A stretch of DNA of 64,000 nt from Octopus sinensis (Eukaryota), in the NCBI RefSeq assembly GCF_006345805.1, contig NC_043001.1, positions 84,320,001 to 84,384,000 of the forward strand, in the 5' to 3' direction. Each line of letters begins with the position of its first letter. Positions within the stretch are counted from its first letter, which is position 1. Both the position numbers and the translations under genes were made by a program. Below are positions 50,940 to 64,000 of the stretch, in pieces. The notes under the pieces are model-generated. The model worked only from the letters and a program-made list of their open reading frames with translations. It ran no database searches and was not told where the DNA came from.

Positions 50940-51350
50940 TTTACTCGATTCCGTCATTGGACAGCGACCATACTGGAACACAAATTTGATGGGTTTTAGC
51001 CGAACAGATCGATCGCAGTACTTTCTTTTTTACGTCTGGTATTTATTTTATCGGTCTCTTTTGAATAAGCCCTAGGTTATAGGGTCGTAAACAATCCAAC
51101 TCCGGCTGTCGAGCGGTGGAGGTGGGGACAAACACACTCATACACACATACACACAGAGGCACACACACACATACACATATAGGCATGGCTGTGTCTATA
51201 GGCACAAGCTTGCTTTTCAATTACATGATTCCGGGTTCAGTTCCACTTCTTACCACCTTGTGTAGGTGTCTTCTGCTATAGCTCCGGGTGAACCAATGTT
51301 TTGCTAGATTTCGTTATTAGAAAACGAAAATAAAAGAAACCCGTCGTATA
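50940..51350. mobile_element. Back-to-back family C SINE pieces (3' half on minus, 5' half on plus) plus adjacent fragments
   Basis: 50940-51140 matches the family C tail in reverse; 51183-51350 matches the head (ttccgggttcagtt..gtgtcttctgctatagc). Confidence 0.65.
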
Positions 51351-51358
51351 TATGCGTT

Positions 51359-51411
<53 letters not shown>

Positions 51412-51829
51412 ATGCCTTTCATCCTTTCGGAATCGATAAATTAAGTACCAGTGAAGCTCTGTGATCGATGTAATCAATAAGTCTCCTCACCTACAATTTC
51501 AAGCCTTGTGCCTCTAGTGGAAAGGATTATTACTATTATTGTTATTATTAGTAGTAACAGTATTATTATCATTAATAATATTAGCAGCAGCAGTAGTAGT
51601 AGTAATAGTAGCAGTGGTGGTAGTGGTCGTATTAGAATTATTAACGTCAATATTTGTGTTATCGCTATTAGTATCAACATTCGCCTCAGCTACACTTCGA
51701 CCGTCATAGGAAGCGGGGATGTTTGTATCTTGGTTTAATTCTGTTAATAGTTCTAGGGTGTGAGGTATACCATCAATGTCGGTATTAATGTTTTCGTTGC
51801 TTTCACCTATGTTATGGTTATATATATTT

Positions 51830-52130
51830 AAGTAGTAGGAATTAAGTTTACGCTTATTGGCAGTGGTAACAATAGATTCTATATTGGTCGGAGAGGAGTA
51901 CGATAATTTTAGGGTAGACATATTGAAGATAGAATTTATGGTGACGCGAGAAGTTAGAGTTTACTATTTGAAAGAAGATTTTGGCTAAGTCCTTAAGGTT
52001 TAAAGTGAATGGAGGTGTAAACCAGAGAATCGATCTACTCCCATTTTTGTTAGGCACTATAGGGGAAGTATATAATCTATAGCATTTGTTAGAGGAGAGT
52101 TCTGTCTTGGTTTTGGTTTTTGCCTCTAAT
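51830..52130 (-). mobile_element. Penelope-like element linker fragment
   Basis: RSILWFTPPFTLN..FFQIVNSNFSRHHKF..TLKLSYS resembles the IIWFNPPF..KISYSC region that follows PLE RT domains. Confidence 0.65.
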
Positions 52131-52146
52131 ATGATATATGATATAT

Positions 52147-52223
<77 letters not shown>

Positions 52224-52559
52224 TATATACATATATATACATATATATACACATACACATATATATATATGTGTGTGTGTGTGTGTGTATGTGTGTATGT
52301 AGGTTGGTAGATAGGGTGGTTCGTACGTATATAAACGACAGTCGATCATAAAATGTAGACGGAAAAAAATTTAATTTGTATTATACTTTACTTACCGTAT
52401 CTTAATAACTATTTCTCATTTACCTTTCTGTTCATTCCAACGATTCTTTGCCAAATTCAAGAATGAAAATATAGCCACTTCAACATTATCATAAGATGTG
52501 ATAGTAAAACCGGCCAAATTTCTCTGACACTACACCCATTCATATTGGTTTCATATATT

Positions 52560-52720
52560 GACACAAGACCAGCAAGTTCGGGGAGGAGATAAACCAATTA
52601 CATCAACCCCAGGTCTGAACTAGTAATTTTATCCACCTTGAAATTGTGAAAGCAAAGTCGGCCTCGGCTGAATTTGAACTCAGAACGTAGACGGGCGAAA
52701 TGCCAGCGTCGCCGCTTTGA
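52560..52720 (-). mobile_element. Family A SINE fragment
   Basis: gcaaagtcggcctcggctgaatttgaactcagaacgtag. Confidence 0.65.
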
Positions 52721-53206
52721 CCGCACCAAAGCATATTAAAAGTAAAAGGACAATTGAAAATACAGTTCTAAATGAACTAGCTGGAAAAGCAATAGGTAAC
52801 CCCAGTTACAATATCGTTCTTATTGAGGCTGTTAGGGATTGCTAGAGCTTAAAGAACAACATTTTCACAGCACCACTATAAACATGTCATTAGAATAATA
52901 CTACGTTGGTACGAAAGTATTAATATAGAATTCTAGTCTCGAATTTCTGAGTGGCTTGGTATTTGTACTGCACGACATTTTGGTTATGCTTTGTGTTCCG
53001 CTTTCTCATTTGTCTCTGAATTTTTTTTCTGTTTGTGATGGAATTTGGGAAGTGGGAAAGACGAGCAGAATTACACGCACGCATGCATATACAGATAAGT
53101 AGAGAGCTAGCTAGATACATACATACACACATACACTTAAAAAAAAAAAACACATACTCACGCGTGCGCACTCACACACGCATACGTACAGAATCATGCA
53201 CATATA

Positions 53207-53613
53207 CAGGGTGCGGTGAATATATTGTCGTCTAAATTACGCAAAAATTAAAATAATTTTTTTAACAGATTTATTTACCAAAATTACATGAGAATATCTT
53301 GATATACTAGAGTAACTTTAGTCAATAAAATCGCCATTGGTTTCAACCACGGCCTTCAGATGACTTCGGAATCTCCTGCAACTCTTCTAGACAGTCTCCT
53401 TGTTTAAGTTGGTTAATGCTGCCATAATCCTTGCCTTCAGTTCATCTTTGGTGTTACAAAGAGTTTTGTTGATCTCTCGCTCAGCTGCGCCTTGCACATG
53501 ATAATCAGGGGCGTTGCAGTCTGGGGAGATAGGTGGCAAGATGTAAGGAGTGATATGGTTGCAGAAATTGTCTGACTGCCATAACTGGGTTCTCCTGCTT
53601 GTATGGCAGAATG
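53207..53613 (-). mobile_element. Tc1/mariner-superfamily transposase 3' fragment with terminus
   Basis: CHTSRRTQ..LPPISPDCNAPDY..ELKARI..CRRFRSHLKAVVE.NG.FI (WPPNSPDLNPLDY-type); ends TA|CAGGGTG; cut off by a SINE. Confidence 0.75.
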
Positions 53614-54854
53614 AATTTGAGCTCAAAACTAATGACATGCCGCTATGTATTTTGCTCATCGTTCTAACGATTCTGCCAGCTCGCCTGAAAGAACAATTTA
53701 TTTTTGTACCACTCTTCGATCAGCTTGATCTCCGAATGTTACATTCATGGAAGTGTACAAAGTACCCAGTTGGGTTCGAATTGCGAACATTTTATTTCTA
53801 CGGATAATAGAAATGCAGTGATCCGCTTGTAAACTGACATATGGAAATTTAATATACCATTTTTAGATTAGTTATATTTATCTTTCAGTAACTGAAGCCT
53901 TATTGCTCTCAGGTTTGAGTTGGGGGATAGTGATTGGATACATTTACTGCTTCTTTGGACGTTATAAATTTACTCTGCAGTTCTCCACAGTTCTCTATGC
54001 ATAAAAAAAATTTCCTTCTTTAACATTATATGGTTTCCGTTCTCAAGTCATATAAGTTCAGCTATTCCTGGCTAAGATGTTTGTACTCTATTCATGTATT
54101 TCTGATTTCTTTTATCTTTTGACATTTACAGCTTTACACTTTCTCCTTTATATTATCTTCTGGAGATGCAGATACGGTTTCAGACACGGTTTCCATTTTC
54201 TAAATTTTATAGAAGAAGTATGAAAGGTAATGTTTCTGCTATGAAATGCAAGTATAACAATCTATAGAGGACCCCTGTTGAACGTTTCAGGTGGTAAGTA
54301 GTACATACAATGTTTGCTTTAAACCAAATCATTTAAGAAAATACAAGCCTCGTTTCAATGCAACTAAATACTGTATAGAAGAAACATCTGGTTGAACTGG
54401 AGCGCATAGTCCGTTATGAGACCTGAGTTCGTCAGGTATTTGGGGTCATACAAGATCAGACACCTTCTTCATTCAGGTGATCTATACGGGGTCAATTCTT
54501 GAATACCAGCAACAATAATCCTTGGAGCTATCCTCAATCTAAAATGATCTGGTAGCTTTCTTTGCAGCTTTACTAGCAGGCTGAAAGTTTCTCTTTCATT
54601 TGCCACCTTCTTTTAAGCCCAGACGATTGGAGCTTTGCAGATGATTGTCCTGCAAAACTCTATAACCCTATAGGATCTCTGGTCGCACTTCTCCAATTCC
54701 TGATATTTGACACAATTTCTCAAATTCGTTTCTACAATATGCACTTCGGAGTGTATTGTGAATTGTATCACGATCAGGTATTTTGTCTCGTCAGATATGA
54801 TTAATTCAGTACGGCAGCTACGATTCATTCATTTGTCTTTTACCTTCTGTTTGT

Positions 54855-55230
54855 TTCAGTCATGGACTGCAGCCATGCTAAGACAGCGACTTGACAGGCT
54901 CAGTCGAGGAAATTTAACTTAATACTTAGTTTTATTTTCCCTTAAGTCCTGGTATTTATTCCATAGGCCAATTTTACCGAGCCGCTAAATTACAGAGACA
55001 TTCACAAATCAACACTGATTGTCAAACGGTGGGGGACAAGCACAAAAATACACACACACGCACACACACACACACACACACACATACATACACGAGGGTC
55101 TTCCACCACACAGATTCCGTCAACCAATTTCATTCGTAAAAGCCATTGGTCAGCCCGGGGCTATGGTGGAAGGCATCTGTTCATGATGCAGCTCAGTGTG
55201 ACTGAACCTGATTGCAAAACAAGCTTCTTA
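54855..55230 (-). mobile_element. Family C SINE
   Basis: gtttcagtcatggactgcagccatgct..ccgagccgctaaattac..gggggacaagcac..(CA)n..ggtcagcccggggctatggtgg..actgaacc. Confidence 0.75.
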
Positions 55231-55439
55231 ACTTGAGAGTAGTTTAAAAACATATATAACTGGATCCAAATGAATACAATGAACAGTAATTCAAAACTGA
55301 AATGTCGTAAATAGAATCTAGTTAGCATGAACACATCTAGATATAGGATACACGGTCGATACGTATTATAAATGTAAAATTGCTGAACGCTTTCGTTTTT
55401 TGGGAGATGAAGTAAGGAGACCTATGATAATGATAATAA

Positions 55440-55885
55440 AGATAATGGTTTCAAATTGTGCCAGAAGGACAGCAACTTCAGGGGAGGGGATAAATGAATT
55501 ACATCGATCCCAGTGTTCAACCGGGAGTTATTTCATCGACAGTGAAAGGATGAAAGGTAAAGTCGAACTCGGCGAAATTTGAACTCAGACGTTGAGATGA
55601 ACGAAATGTTGCTAAGCATTTTCCCCGAGATGTGTTAACGATTCTGCTAGCTCACCACATTAATAATAATAATAATCCTTTCTGCTATCGGCACAAAGCC
55701 TGAAATTTTGCAGGGGGAGACTAGTTGATTCAATCGACCCCAGTGTTTCACTGCTGCTTAATTTATCGACCCCGAAGGGATGAAAGGAAAAGTCAACCTC
55801 GGCGAAATTAGGACTCATAATGTAACGGCAGACGAAATACTGTTAAGCATTTCGCCCGGTATGCCAACGGTTCTTCCAACCACTC
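55440..55885 (-). mobile_element. Two tandem family A SINE copies
   Basis: gatgaaaggtaaagtcgaactcggcgaaatttgaactcag at ~55550 and gatgaaaggaaaagtcaacctcggcgaaatt at ~55780. Confidence 0.75.
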
Positions 55886-56443
55886 AGCACACGCATTTAG
55901 ACATTTCATTCTTGCAGAATTCAGTGGTTTTCGTCAAAATAAAGAAAAAGTTACTGTGGATCTAAACAAACCGTTAAACTAGCAATCGGCTTAAATTAAA
56001 AAAAACATTCTGCTTATCTATTTTTATTTGCTTCAGTCATTTGACTGCAGCCATACAGAGGTATGGCCTTGAAGGCCCTAGGACTTATTATTTTCTGAAG
56101 TAAAGTGCTTATTCTATCGGTCTCTTTGCCTAGTGCTTATTCTATCGATCCTTTTTGTCGAACTGCTACTATAATTTGGTTTTCAATTTCTTTTACCTAT
56201 TTTAACCTCTTTTAAGAACTGGCAAAAAAGAAGAAAAAATTAAAAGAAAACCTGAACCACGATATGTGTCGGAAAATCGGGTTATGGACAAATAAAAACA
56301 CACACAGGCGTAAAAATAAGAACGAAAATATTTTATTTCTCATGAACAGTAAAAATACAAATTAACTCCACATTTCAAAGACGTTTCATCACACTATTGC
56401 AGTTGTTATTTATTATTGATGCTGTTTTCAATGTTAAAAGAAG

Positions 56444-56475
<32 letters not shown>

Positions 56476-56725
56476 GTTGTTATAGATGCTGTTGTATAAG
56501 ATATATTTTAAAAGCGCAAGCATTACATCATACCATTGAGTGAGATACAAAGGACTGCCATGCTTACACATACATTTATACATGGATACGTATGTACACA
56601 AACAGACACGGTTATTTTATTTAGATAAACACACATACATACACGCATTTATATACATGTATATATGTATACATGTATGTATATATACATAAATACATAT
56701 ATATATGTATATATATCTGCATGTG

Positions 56726-56769
<44 letters not shown>

Positions 56770-57241
56770 TTACAGGGGGTTAATTATATGACCGGCCTTA
56801 GAGTGACCAATTGTTTCGCATTCATAAAGCGCTTAGCCTTATGTACGACTCGTCAAACTCCAATGGGCACCTAACGTTTAGAGTGTGCTTCTTTTTCGGA
56901 TATATGAACCACAAACGATGCATACATATTTACAATGGGCTTCGTTCAGTTTCCGTCTACCAAATCAAATCACCAGGCTTTCGTCAGCCCGAAGCTATAG
57001 TAGAATACACACCTCTAAACATTCACCCGAACAGATAATTAAAATCAACCTACCCTATACAGCTTTTAAGGCACAGTTCATAGTGTACATTTTATCTAAG
57101 GCACGTTATGGTTGCATTTACTTGTGGTACATACACTCTCACATGTATATGTGTGCGTGTGTAAGTGTGACACGTAATTATGTGCGTGCGCGTATGTATG
57201 TATATAGGTATATGTATATATACATATACACACACACGCAC

Positions 57242-57296
<55 letters not shown>

Positions 57297-57973
57297 CTTG
57301 TAAGTGTGGAACAAGAAATAATGCTATAGATATATATTAGGTTAGAAAGAAACCCTTCAATGGAAAATGGTGGCCTTTGACAGTTTCCTTTCAAATCCGT
57401 TTTTAATTCAGTATTCTATAACTTTACTTCATTTTCCAGTGTTTAGAAAAGATTTTATTTCACGTCACTCGGAGTTACCATATTCTTATGACGTAAAAAT
57501 CATATATAGATGCATATTACAGGCACCATTGTATTTATGTTTGTATGCATGTACACATGAATGAAGCAAACTCTGGTAACATAGAAACATACTTACAAGG
57601 AATATTCGCAAAATTATTCCTTTCGTTTATACGCATAACTAAATCTATATTTTCCGAAGTTACTAAATTATGATAATTTAGTAACATCTTACTGGAACGT
57701 TGTACCGCTCTTACTGGAACGTTGTCATCTTATGTATGGAAGCATACGGTGAGATACTTATGTATTGAAGAAATGAAAAGTTTCGTCAAATTTCCGAACA
57801 ATTTATTTTGACGATTTTAATCCTCAGTGGACATTTTGATTTCAAACTCAGTCACGACAAAATCTGTAGTTAATTTTTTTTATTATTCATTCACAAATAC
57901 ATATGCATACATTCATAAATACATGCATATATATATATATATTATATATTATATATATACATATATAAAATAT

Positions 57974-58026
<53 letters not shown>

Positions 58027-58089
58027 CATATATATATATGTATATATATATATGTACTTAGGTGCATATGTGTGTATATATGTCTATGA

Positions 58090-58131
<42 letters not shown>

Positions 58132-58569
58132 TGGATAAGTATACATATATATATATACACATATACACACATATGTGTCTGTATGTGTATGTGATTATGT
58201 ACATATATTTGTATGTGTAAATGTAATTATATACATAATTGTATATATCTACTTGTGCGTATATTTGTACCTATAGCTTATATGTATATTTATATATACC
58301 TACACACACCGCACATACACACACTCACATATATGCATATACATTTATTGGTTAATGAATTATATGATATAGACACAGTAATTTGCCTGTAAAGCACATT
58401 TACTGGTCCAGTATTCGTTAGGTATATCATTAAGGTGCAAGATGGAACATGGATGATACAAGAATCTTTATTGATCATTGCACATATTTCGATTCTTCTA
58501 GCATCGATCCCTAACAAATGGGATACAATACACCTGATTTAGGTGTATACCTCGGTACAGTCGTCTCTC

Positions 58570-58657
58570 CTCAGGTGATTTCAAGAAGTATCTTGCTAAA
58601 ATTAGGGTTAGGGCACAGTTGTCTCTCAGGTGATTTCAAGAAGTATCTCGCTAAAAT
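58570..58657. repeat. 33-bp direct repeat pair
   Basis: ctcaggtgatttcaagaagtatct(t/c)gctaaaat at 58570 and 58625. Confidence 0.85.
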
Positions 58658-59228
58658 AAACTATTTCGCAAGATTCCTTCTTGGTCTTCCTATACAGAAA
58701 TAGCAAATTAAAGGATATATGTGTGTGAGGGTTTGTATAGCCATATCCACTAACAGTTATATCTGACGCTTTTCTAGCTGTAGTGTATATTTGTTTCGTT
58801 TTGAATCTGATCTTTGTTGTGGATTTTACATAAGAATGAAGCTGTATCCCTTAGTTTGCCATTTCTATATACAAAACACCAGGAAGGAATCTTGCGAAGC
58901 GGTTTATTTTATCGAGATACCGCTTGAAATTACCTGAAGAGTCATATCTACTCCGAGGGATACATCTGAATCAGATGTTTGTATCCCACCCGCGCGTGAT
59001 CGATGCTGGATGGGATGAAACAATTGCTGCGATCAGTAAAGATTCTCGTGTGTCCAATCTTTCGTCTCTCTCACTAATCACATGTATGCATATATATGTA
59101 CATATATGTATACGCTTACGTAGATATATACATATACATATTTGTATATGTTTACTTGTGCGTATATTTGTTTCTATCCGAGTATGTACGTGCGTGTTTG
59201 TTTGTGCATGTATGTGTGTATGTTTGTG

Positions 59229-59234
59229 TTTATT
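59229..59234 (-). promoter_or_regulatory. Candidate polyadenylation signal of the transglutaminase gene
   Basis: First AATAAA on the minus strand, ~130 nt downstream of the stop codon. The hexamer is common in AT-rich DNA. Confidence 0.3.
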
Positions 59235-59364
59235 TTTCTGTGTGTCTGTGTGTGTGGGTGTGTAATATTTAAGTCTACGTATCTGTTATATGGTATGAGT
59301 ATACACCCTATTTTAATTTCGATATAATCACGTCTGAAGTGTCGAGTCGTATGAAGCTCGGCTA

Positions 59365-59506
59365 TTATTCTGTCACTTCTATTTCACTCTCTTGTTCGAG
59401 ACCGGCCAACTGTTCAGAGGTGAATCCCACACAAACACTACGTGTCCCAACGCGTATCGGCGTCAGCTTCAAAGTTGTATGGAAGGTCTCGTTTGGTTTG
59501 ACATCG
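59365..59506 (-). CDS. TGM: Transglutaminase, final coding exon
   Basis: Acceptor ...ctacatttacag|C. Phase-2 join TG+C = Cys, then DVKPNETFHTTLKLTPIRVGTRSVCVGFTSEQLAGLEQESEIEVTE followed by TAA TAG. Phase matches the upstream exon and the peptide resembles the end of the TGase barrel 2. Not shown in the ORF track. Confidence 0.85.
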
Positions 59507-60749
59507 CTGTAAATGTAGAAATAAAGGAAAATAAATAAAGATATGAAAATATGACACGAAACATTTTCGCATTAATCTCTCTCTCTCTCTCTTTTTGTCT
59601 CAAGTTTAGCCGCTCACTCGTACTGTCACTCATTGTATGCTTCTCACTCTCTCTTTATACGCAGACACATAGAAATATAAGCAATAGCACAACCAGGTAC
59701 GCATACGAAGGCATCAATACACGCACACACAAATATGCACGTACACACACACGGACGCACATATACCATGTCCGATAAGTTCATTTTCATCAATTCACTG
59801 CAGAGAAGGTTCACCGCCATCAATTCCTCGTATTTTTTTCTTTCAATAAAACAGTTTTTAACTATTGAAGGTGAGATGCTATGGATGTATTTTCTGGGTA
59901 AACTTACCTTGCGGTGAACTCTCCTCCCGGTGAACGTTCTTCACGGAGTATTCACGATGGCGGCGAGCGTACTTGAAATCCAAACACGTACAGACACACA
60001 GACACAAACACACACACGTACTTCACCTATCACATGCAACGTCTTCAATTTTTGGCATAGAAATTATTTACTAAACACAATCAATTTTACATTATTGGAA
60101 TAGAGAGGGCATGTTACGGATGAGGTCGCAAATGATGACAAAAGTACATCGACAAACCGAGCTGATTGATTCGGGGACAGATCGTTTTATCAAACACCTA
60201 ATTAGGGCATTGGTTAAACGTTAACGAATTGACTACTAATAATAAAATAGGTGAAATAGAAACAGCGCGTGTGTCTATTATTGGCATAACGATCCTCCCG
60301 AGAAACAACAATAACTAATTTTCCAGTTTTTAAAGAATATTGTGAGAGATTAGATTGATTGGAACTAAACGAAAGTCAGAATGGAAATTATAATGATGAT
60401 GGCAAATCCCAGTCGAAATGATGGAACCAAATTCCAATTTGATGATGCAAAAGCATGGCTTTTAAATTAAATTGGGTCTTTTATTTTCAATAATGAAGTT
60501 ATTTATCCGTGAGGAATCTTTATCAAGTCTCTCTACCGAACTCTGTTGCTTTAATTTCAGGACATTTTAAATGATTCTCAGTGGCGGCCATGTTGGAAAT
60601 TTTGTTCTCTTACTTCAATTTTTCTTCTGAACGCTAAGCGTAATGTTCTTAAATAATCTGATTACAAAACTATTTGGTGTTTCTGTTTCACTACAACAAT
60701 CTAAATTTCATCTCCTGTCATCTTCATCCTCCCGTAGCTCTTAATTAGA

Positions 60750-60850
60750 CAAGAGGGGATACTGAATAGTTCCTGGCTTTAAGCGTGTCGCGAAAGGACT
60801 GGTTGGAGGCCCAAAATTCCGAGTTCTTTTACAGGGCTTAGAAAAAGTGA
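60750..60850 (+). mobile_element. Partial copy of the same mariner MITE family
   Basis: gaggggatactgaatagttcctggctttaag..cgcgaaagg..gttggaggcc aligns with 36940-37030. Confidence 0.6.
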
Positions 60851-61444
60851 CGGACCCCTACATCAAGTGAAGGAACACTACATTAAGTGAAAGACCGCTA
60901 CATGTTGAGCAAATTCATGTGATCCTCATGTTTAAATGCATACATGTATGTATATATGTATATATAGGACAATTAGTTAGTTGTCATAATAATACTCAGA
61001 GTTTCAGAGTATTATTATGACAACTAACAGATTATCCTATTTTATGTATTTATAGATAAATTCCTCTTTTTACATAATATCGAGGTCTCATTCGTTCTTT
61101 TGTTGTCATATTATTATTATTATTATTAACATATACACATACATCCATACATACATATATATATATACACACGCACACAGACGTTCACAAATATACAATT
61201 ATATATATATAATATATATATAATATATATATATATACATACAGACGTTCATATATATACAATTATATATATATTCGATTATATATATATATTATATATA
61301 TATATTATATTAAATTAGAGATAAAACCACTATTAGGCAAATCATACAATGAAAAATTAAGCCAATACATAAGATTAATTAATTTATATTATTTAAATAT
61401 ATATCAAAATTATTAAAAAAGATAATTAATATAACACTACGATC

Positions 61445-61485
<41 letters not shown>

Positions 61486-61719
61486 CTTTCACATATATAC
61501 AATTATATATATATATTCGCTCTGCTTTGGTTCTGATTTTTCTTATAATATAATATATATCTGCTATAACTTTGAAAATATAAGCTTTTCTCAACAACAC
61601 TAAGAGTAAAAGATGTTTTATATGACACATTCTAACAGTGTCCGAAGTTTGAAAGTGTTTAGTTACAACAAATTCATTTCTCGATCTGCCGTTCAAAGAG
61701 TAAAAATCCTTTAATTCTT

Positions 61720-61924
61720 TTACTTATTTCATTAATTTGACTACAGCCCATGCTGGAGCACCGCCAGTAGTCGAGTAAATTGACCCCAAGACTTAATCTT
61801 TGTGAGCCTAGTACTTATTTGATCGGTGTCTTTTGCCGAACCGCTAAGTAAACACACCAGCATCGGTTGTCAAGCGATGTTGGGGGAACAAACACAAGCG
61901 CACAAATATATACACAGACATGCC

Positions 61925-61925
<1 letters not shown>
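61720..61925 (-). mobile_element. Family C SINE 3' half in the last transglutaminase intron
   Basis: tttgactacagcccatgctggagcaccgcc..tagtacttatttgatcggtgtcttttgccgaaccgctaag..catcggttgtcaagcgatg. Confidence 0.75.
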
Positions 61926-61959
<34 letters not shown>

Positions 61960-62095
61960 TATATATATACGCACGCACACACGAATATACATGTGTATTT
62001 TTGTGAGTTTTATGCGAGAAATTAATTGAAGCCATTGCAAGTACCAGTTGTTAGCTTTCGCGACATTAAAGAAAACCTCACTCGGTGTTACTTAC

Positions 62096-62232
62096 CACTG
62101 GGGATGAGTTTGTGGTCTCTGTAAACCAGGTCCTTCGACGGTCAAAATGCAGTTGGTCAAAGCAACCTTCAGAGGGTTGGTGAAGGATACCTCGACATCA
62201 AATGGTCTCAGTTTCGAAACTTTTACAGGAGT
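62096..62232 (-). CDS. TGM: Transglutaminase (protein-glutamine gamma-glutamyltransferase), penultimate coding exon, C-terminal beta-barrel
   Basis: Acceptor ...tcttttatactcttacag|ACT and donor CAGTG|gtaagt. Translates TPVKVSKLRPFDVEVSFTNPLKVALTNCILTVEGPGLQRPQTHPQ, containing the V.FTNPL..L..C...VEGPGL signature of the Transglut_C barrel. 137 nt, ends in phase 2. Specific paralog not assignable. Confidence 0.9.
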
Positions 62233-62534
62233 CTGTAAGAGTATAAAAGATTTATAATAATTGGTGTGCAAGTGTGAAGGTAAAGCACCCACGAAAAATC
62301 GGCATTGCTTCTAATTACAAGAATTCTTCGCGGGGTTTTTGAAGCATGACCAGTAAACAAGTGTCACCTTAGTCTGCTAGTTGTAGACAACTGATACTTT
62401 CCATCATACCCAGCAAAATAAGCTGTGCGGTTTCATATAATAATAACAATAATAACAATAACAATAATAAGAAGAAGAAGAAAAAAAGGAAAAGAAGAAA
62501 CAGAAAAAGAAGAAGAAAATGTTGACAGTACACG

Positions 62535-63310
62535 GAGTCTTCTGCCCTAAGAGTGACTTGTACAGAAGAAAGGGTAGGGGAGGTATGATCAGTTGCCAAG
62601 ACTGTATGGAAGCAGAGAAAAACAGCTCAATGTGGTATATAAACAATACCGTGAAGCCATTGTTGAAACACGAAGAAGGCCGGCATCATCAAAACTGAAA
62701 ATTGTTGTAATGAAAGAAAAATTTAAGTAAGAAATGAATGCAAAAAAGAAAAATGCATGGGAGGAAAAGAAACTGTACGGTCAGTTTGCAAGAGATGTGA
62801 CCGCCAAGACAGATATAGAGAACCGGTGGCTATGGATGACGAGGTTTGACCTGAAGATAGACACAGAAGCATTCATATGCGCAGCTCAAGAACAAACGTT
62901 AAGGGCCAACTATGCAAAGTGCAGAATAGACAACACTACTGACAGCGAAAAATGCAGAATGTGTGGTGAGAGGGGTGAAACGGTATGACACATCGTTAGC
63001 GAGTGCTCGAAATTGGCACAACGCAAATATAAAAGACGCCATGAATGTGTGGCAAGAATGAGCCATTGAGAGCTCTGTGGAAATCGCAGTCTCGTAAAGA
63101 GCAAGGGCATGGTACGAGAAAACCCCAGAAGAAGTAACCGAAAACGAGGAGTACAAAATCCTGTGGGATACAATGATCCAGTGCGATCACCTGATCAACA
63201 CTGGAAACAGGACATTGTTGTGGTGAGTAAAAAAGAACATGAATGATAATCGACATAGCATGCCCCCGATGACAACTGGATCAATGTGAAAGAAGAAGAA
63301 AAAAGAGGTA
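62535..63310 (+). mobile_element. Degraded R4-clade LINE fragment in a transglutaminase intron (antisense to the gene)
   Basis: KKLYGQF..TEAFICAAQEQTLRANY..CRMCGERGETV*HIVSEC (CCHC knuckle with a stop) and KILWD-like sequence; homologous to the post-RT part of the 46.8-49.5 kb element. Confidence 0.8.
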
Positions 63311-63854
63311 CCACCCACTCTTGTTATTTTCGGTCCCCCATGATAATGATCAACTAAGTATCAAAGCTTATAATGTGCTGAAAGAGACCCTGTGAGACTC
63401 TGGCAGTAGGCTGTTGTCCGTTCTCACAGAATCTACCAGAACATACGAGACCGAGCGTTCTGAGAAGTAAAACTTCTGCTTTCTACTATGGGCACAAGGG
63501 CTGAAAATTTGGAGGTGGGGCTGGTCGTTTACATAGACCCTTCTATATGACTTTATCGATCCCCAAAATGACTGAACTGTTGTATCAGCCACTTCCTGGT
63601 AATAATATCTAAACTTTGCCCAGCGTGTTTGTTGAGGGCAATGCACTGAAAGCCATTGGTGTGTTTGAATATTTCGGTTCTACAGTAACAAGTGATGCTA
63701 AACGTGATAAGGAGATACAAGCTCCTTCTGGAATGTCAGTACAGCGTTTGGGAAAATTTATGATCGACTTTGAAATGTTCACAATGTCTCATTAAGGACA
63801 AAAGTTGTCATGTATCAGTGAGTTGTCCTAATACGACCTGGACACCTTATCATA

Positions 63855-64000
63855 GGCGACGCGTTGTGTTCTTGAGCAAAACACTTTCATTTCACGTTGC
63901 TCCAGTCCACTCAGCTGGCAAAAATGAATAACGCTGCGATGGACTGGCGTCCCCTCCAGCTGGGGAACACATACGCCATAGAAACCGGGAAACCGAGCCT
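63855..64000 (+). mobile_element. Family B SINE, headless, runs off the window end
   Basis: ggcgacgcgttgtgttcttgagcaaaacactttcatttcacgttgctccagtccactcagctggc, nearly identical to 34080-34220. Confidence 0.8.

Noticed and set aside
54330-54830. Possible retroelement coding relic
   Set aside because: Composition looks coding-derived but I found no diagnostic motif, so no family is assigned.
62092-62292. The 66-aa ORF as a stand-alone gene
   Set aside because: Its first ~20 codons are intronic and the true exon is delimited by AG/GT at 62232/62096.

Overview
AT-rich, microsatellite-saturated metazoan genomic DNA. The SINE families and composition match what I recall from Octopus genomes; this is inference, not a database match. 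The only host gene I can support is the 3' end of a minus-strand transglutaminase: two spliced exons at 62096-62232 and 59365-59506, ending in TAA. The remaining ~59 kb is intergenic and repeat-derived. It contains a 6.4-kb array of a self-complementary 56-bp unit with an inverted seed copy at its left edge; a full-length but broken DD34D mariner with TIRs and TA duplications; a 5'-truncated Dong/R4 LINE inside (TAA)n; RTE, CR1, Penelope-like, hAT and Tc1/mariner relics; hAT MITEs; at least four tRNA-derived SINE families; minimal hammerhead-ribozyme motifs; several long fold-back palindromes; and a ~2.5-3 kb tandem triplication. Most long ORFs in the supplied track are artefacts of tandem or simple repeats. 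Coordinates of degraded repeats are approximate.
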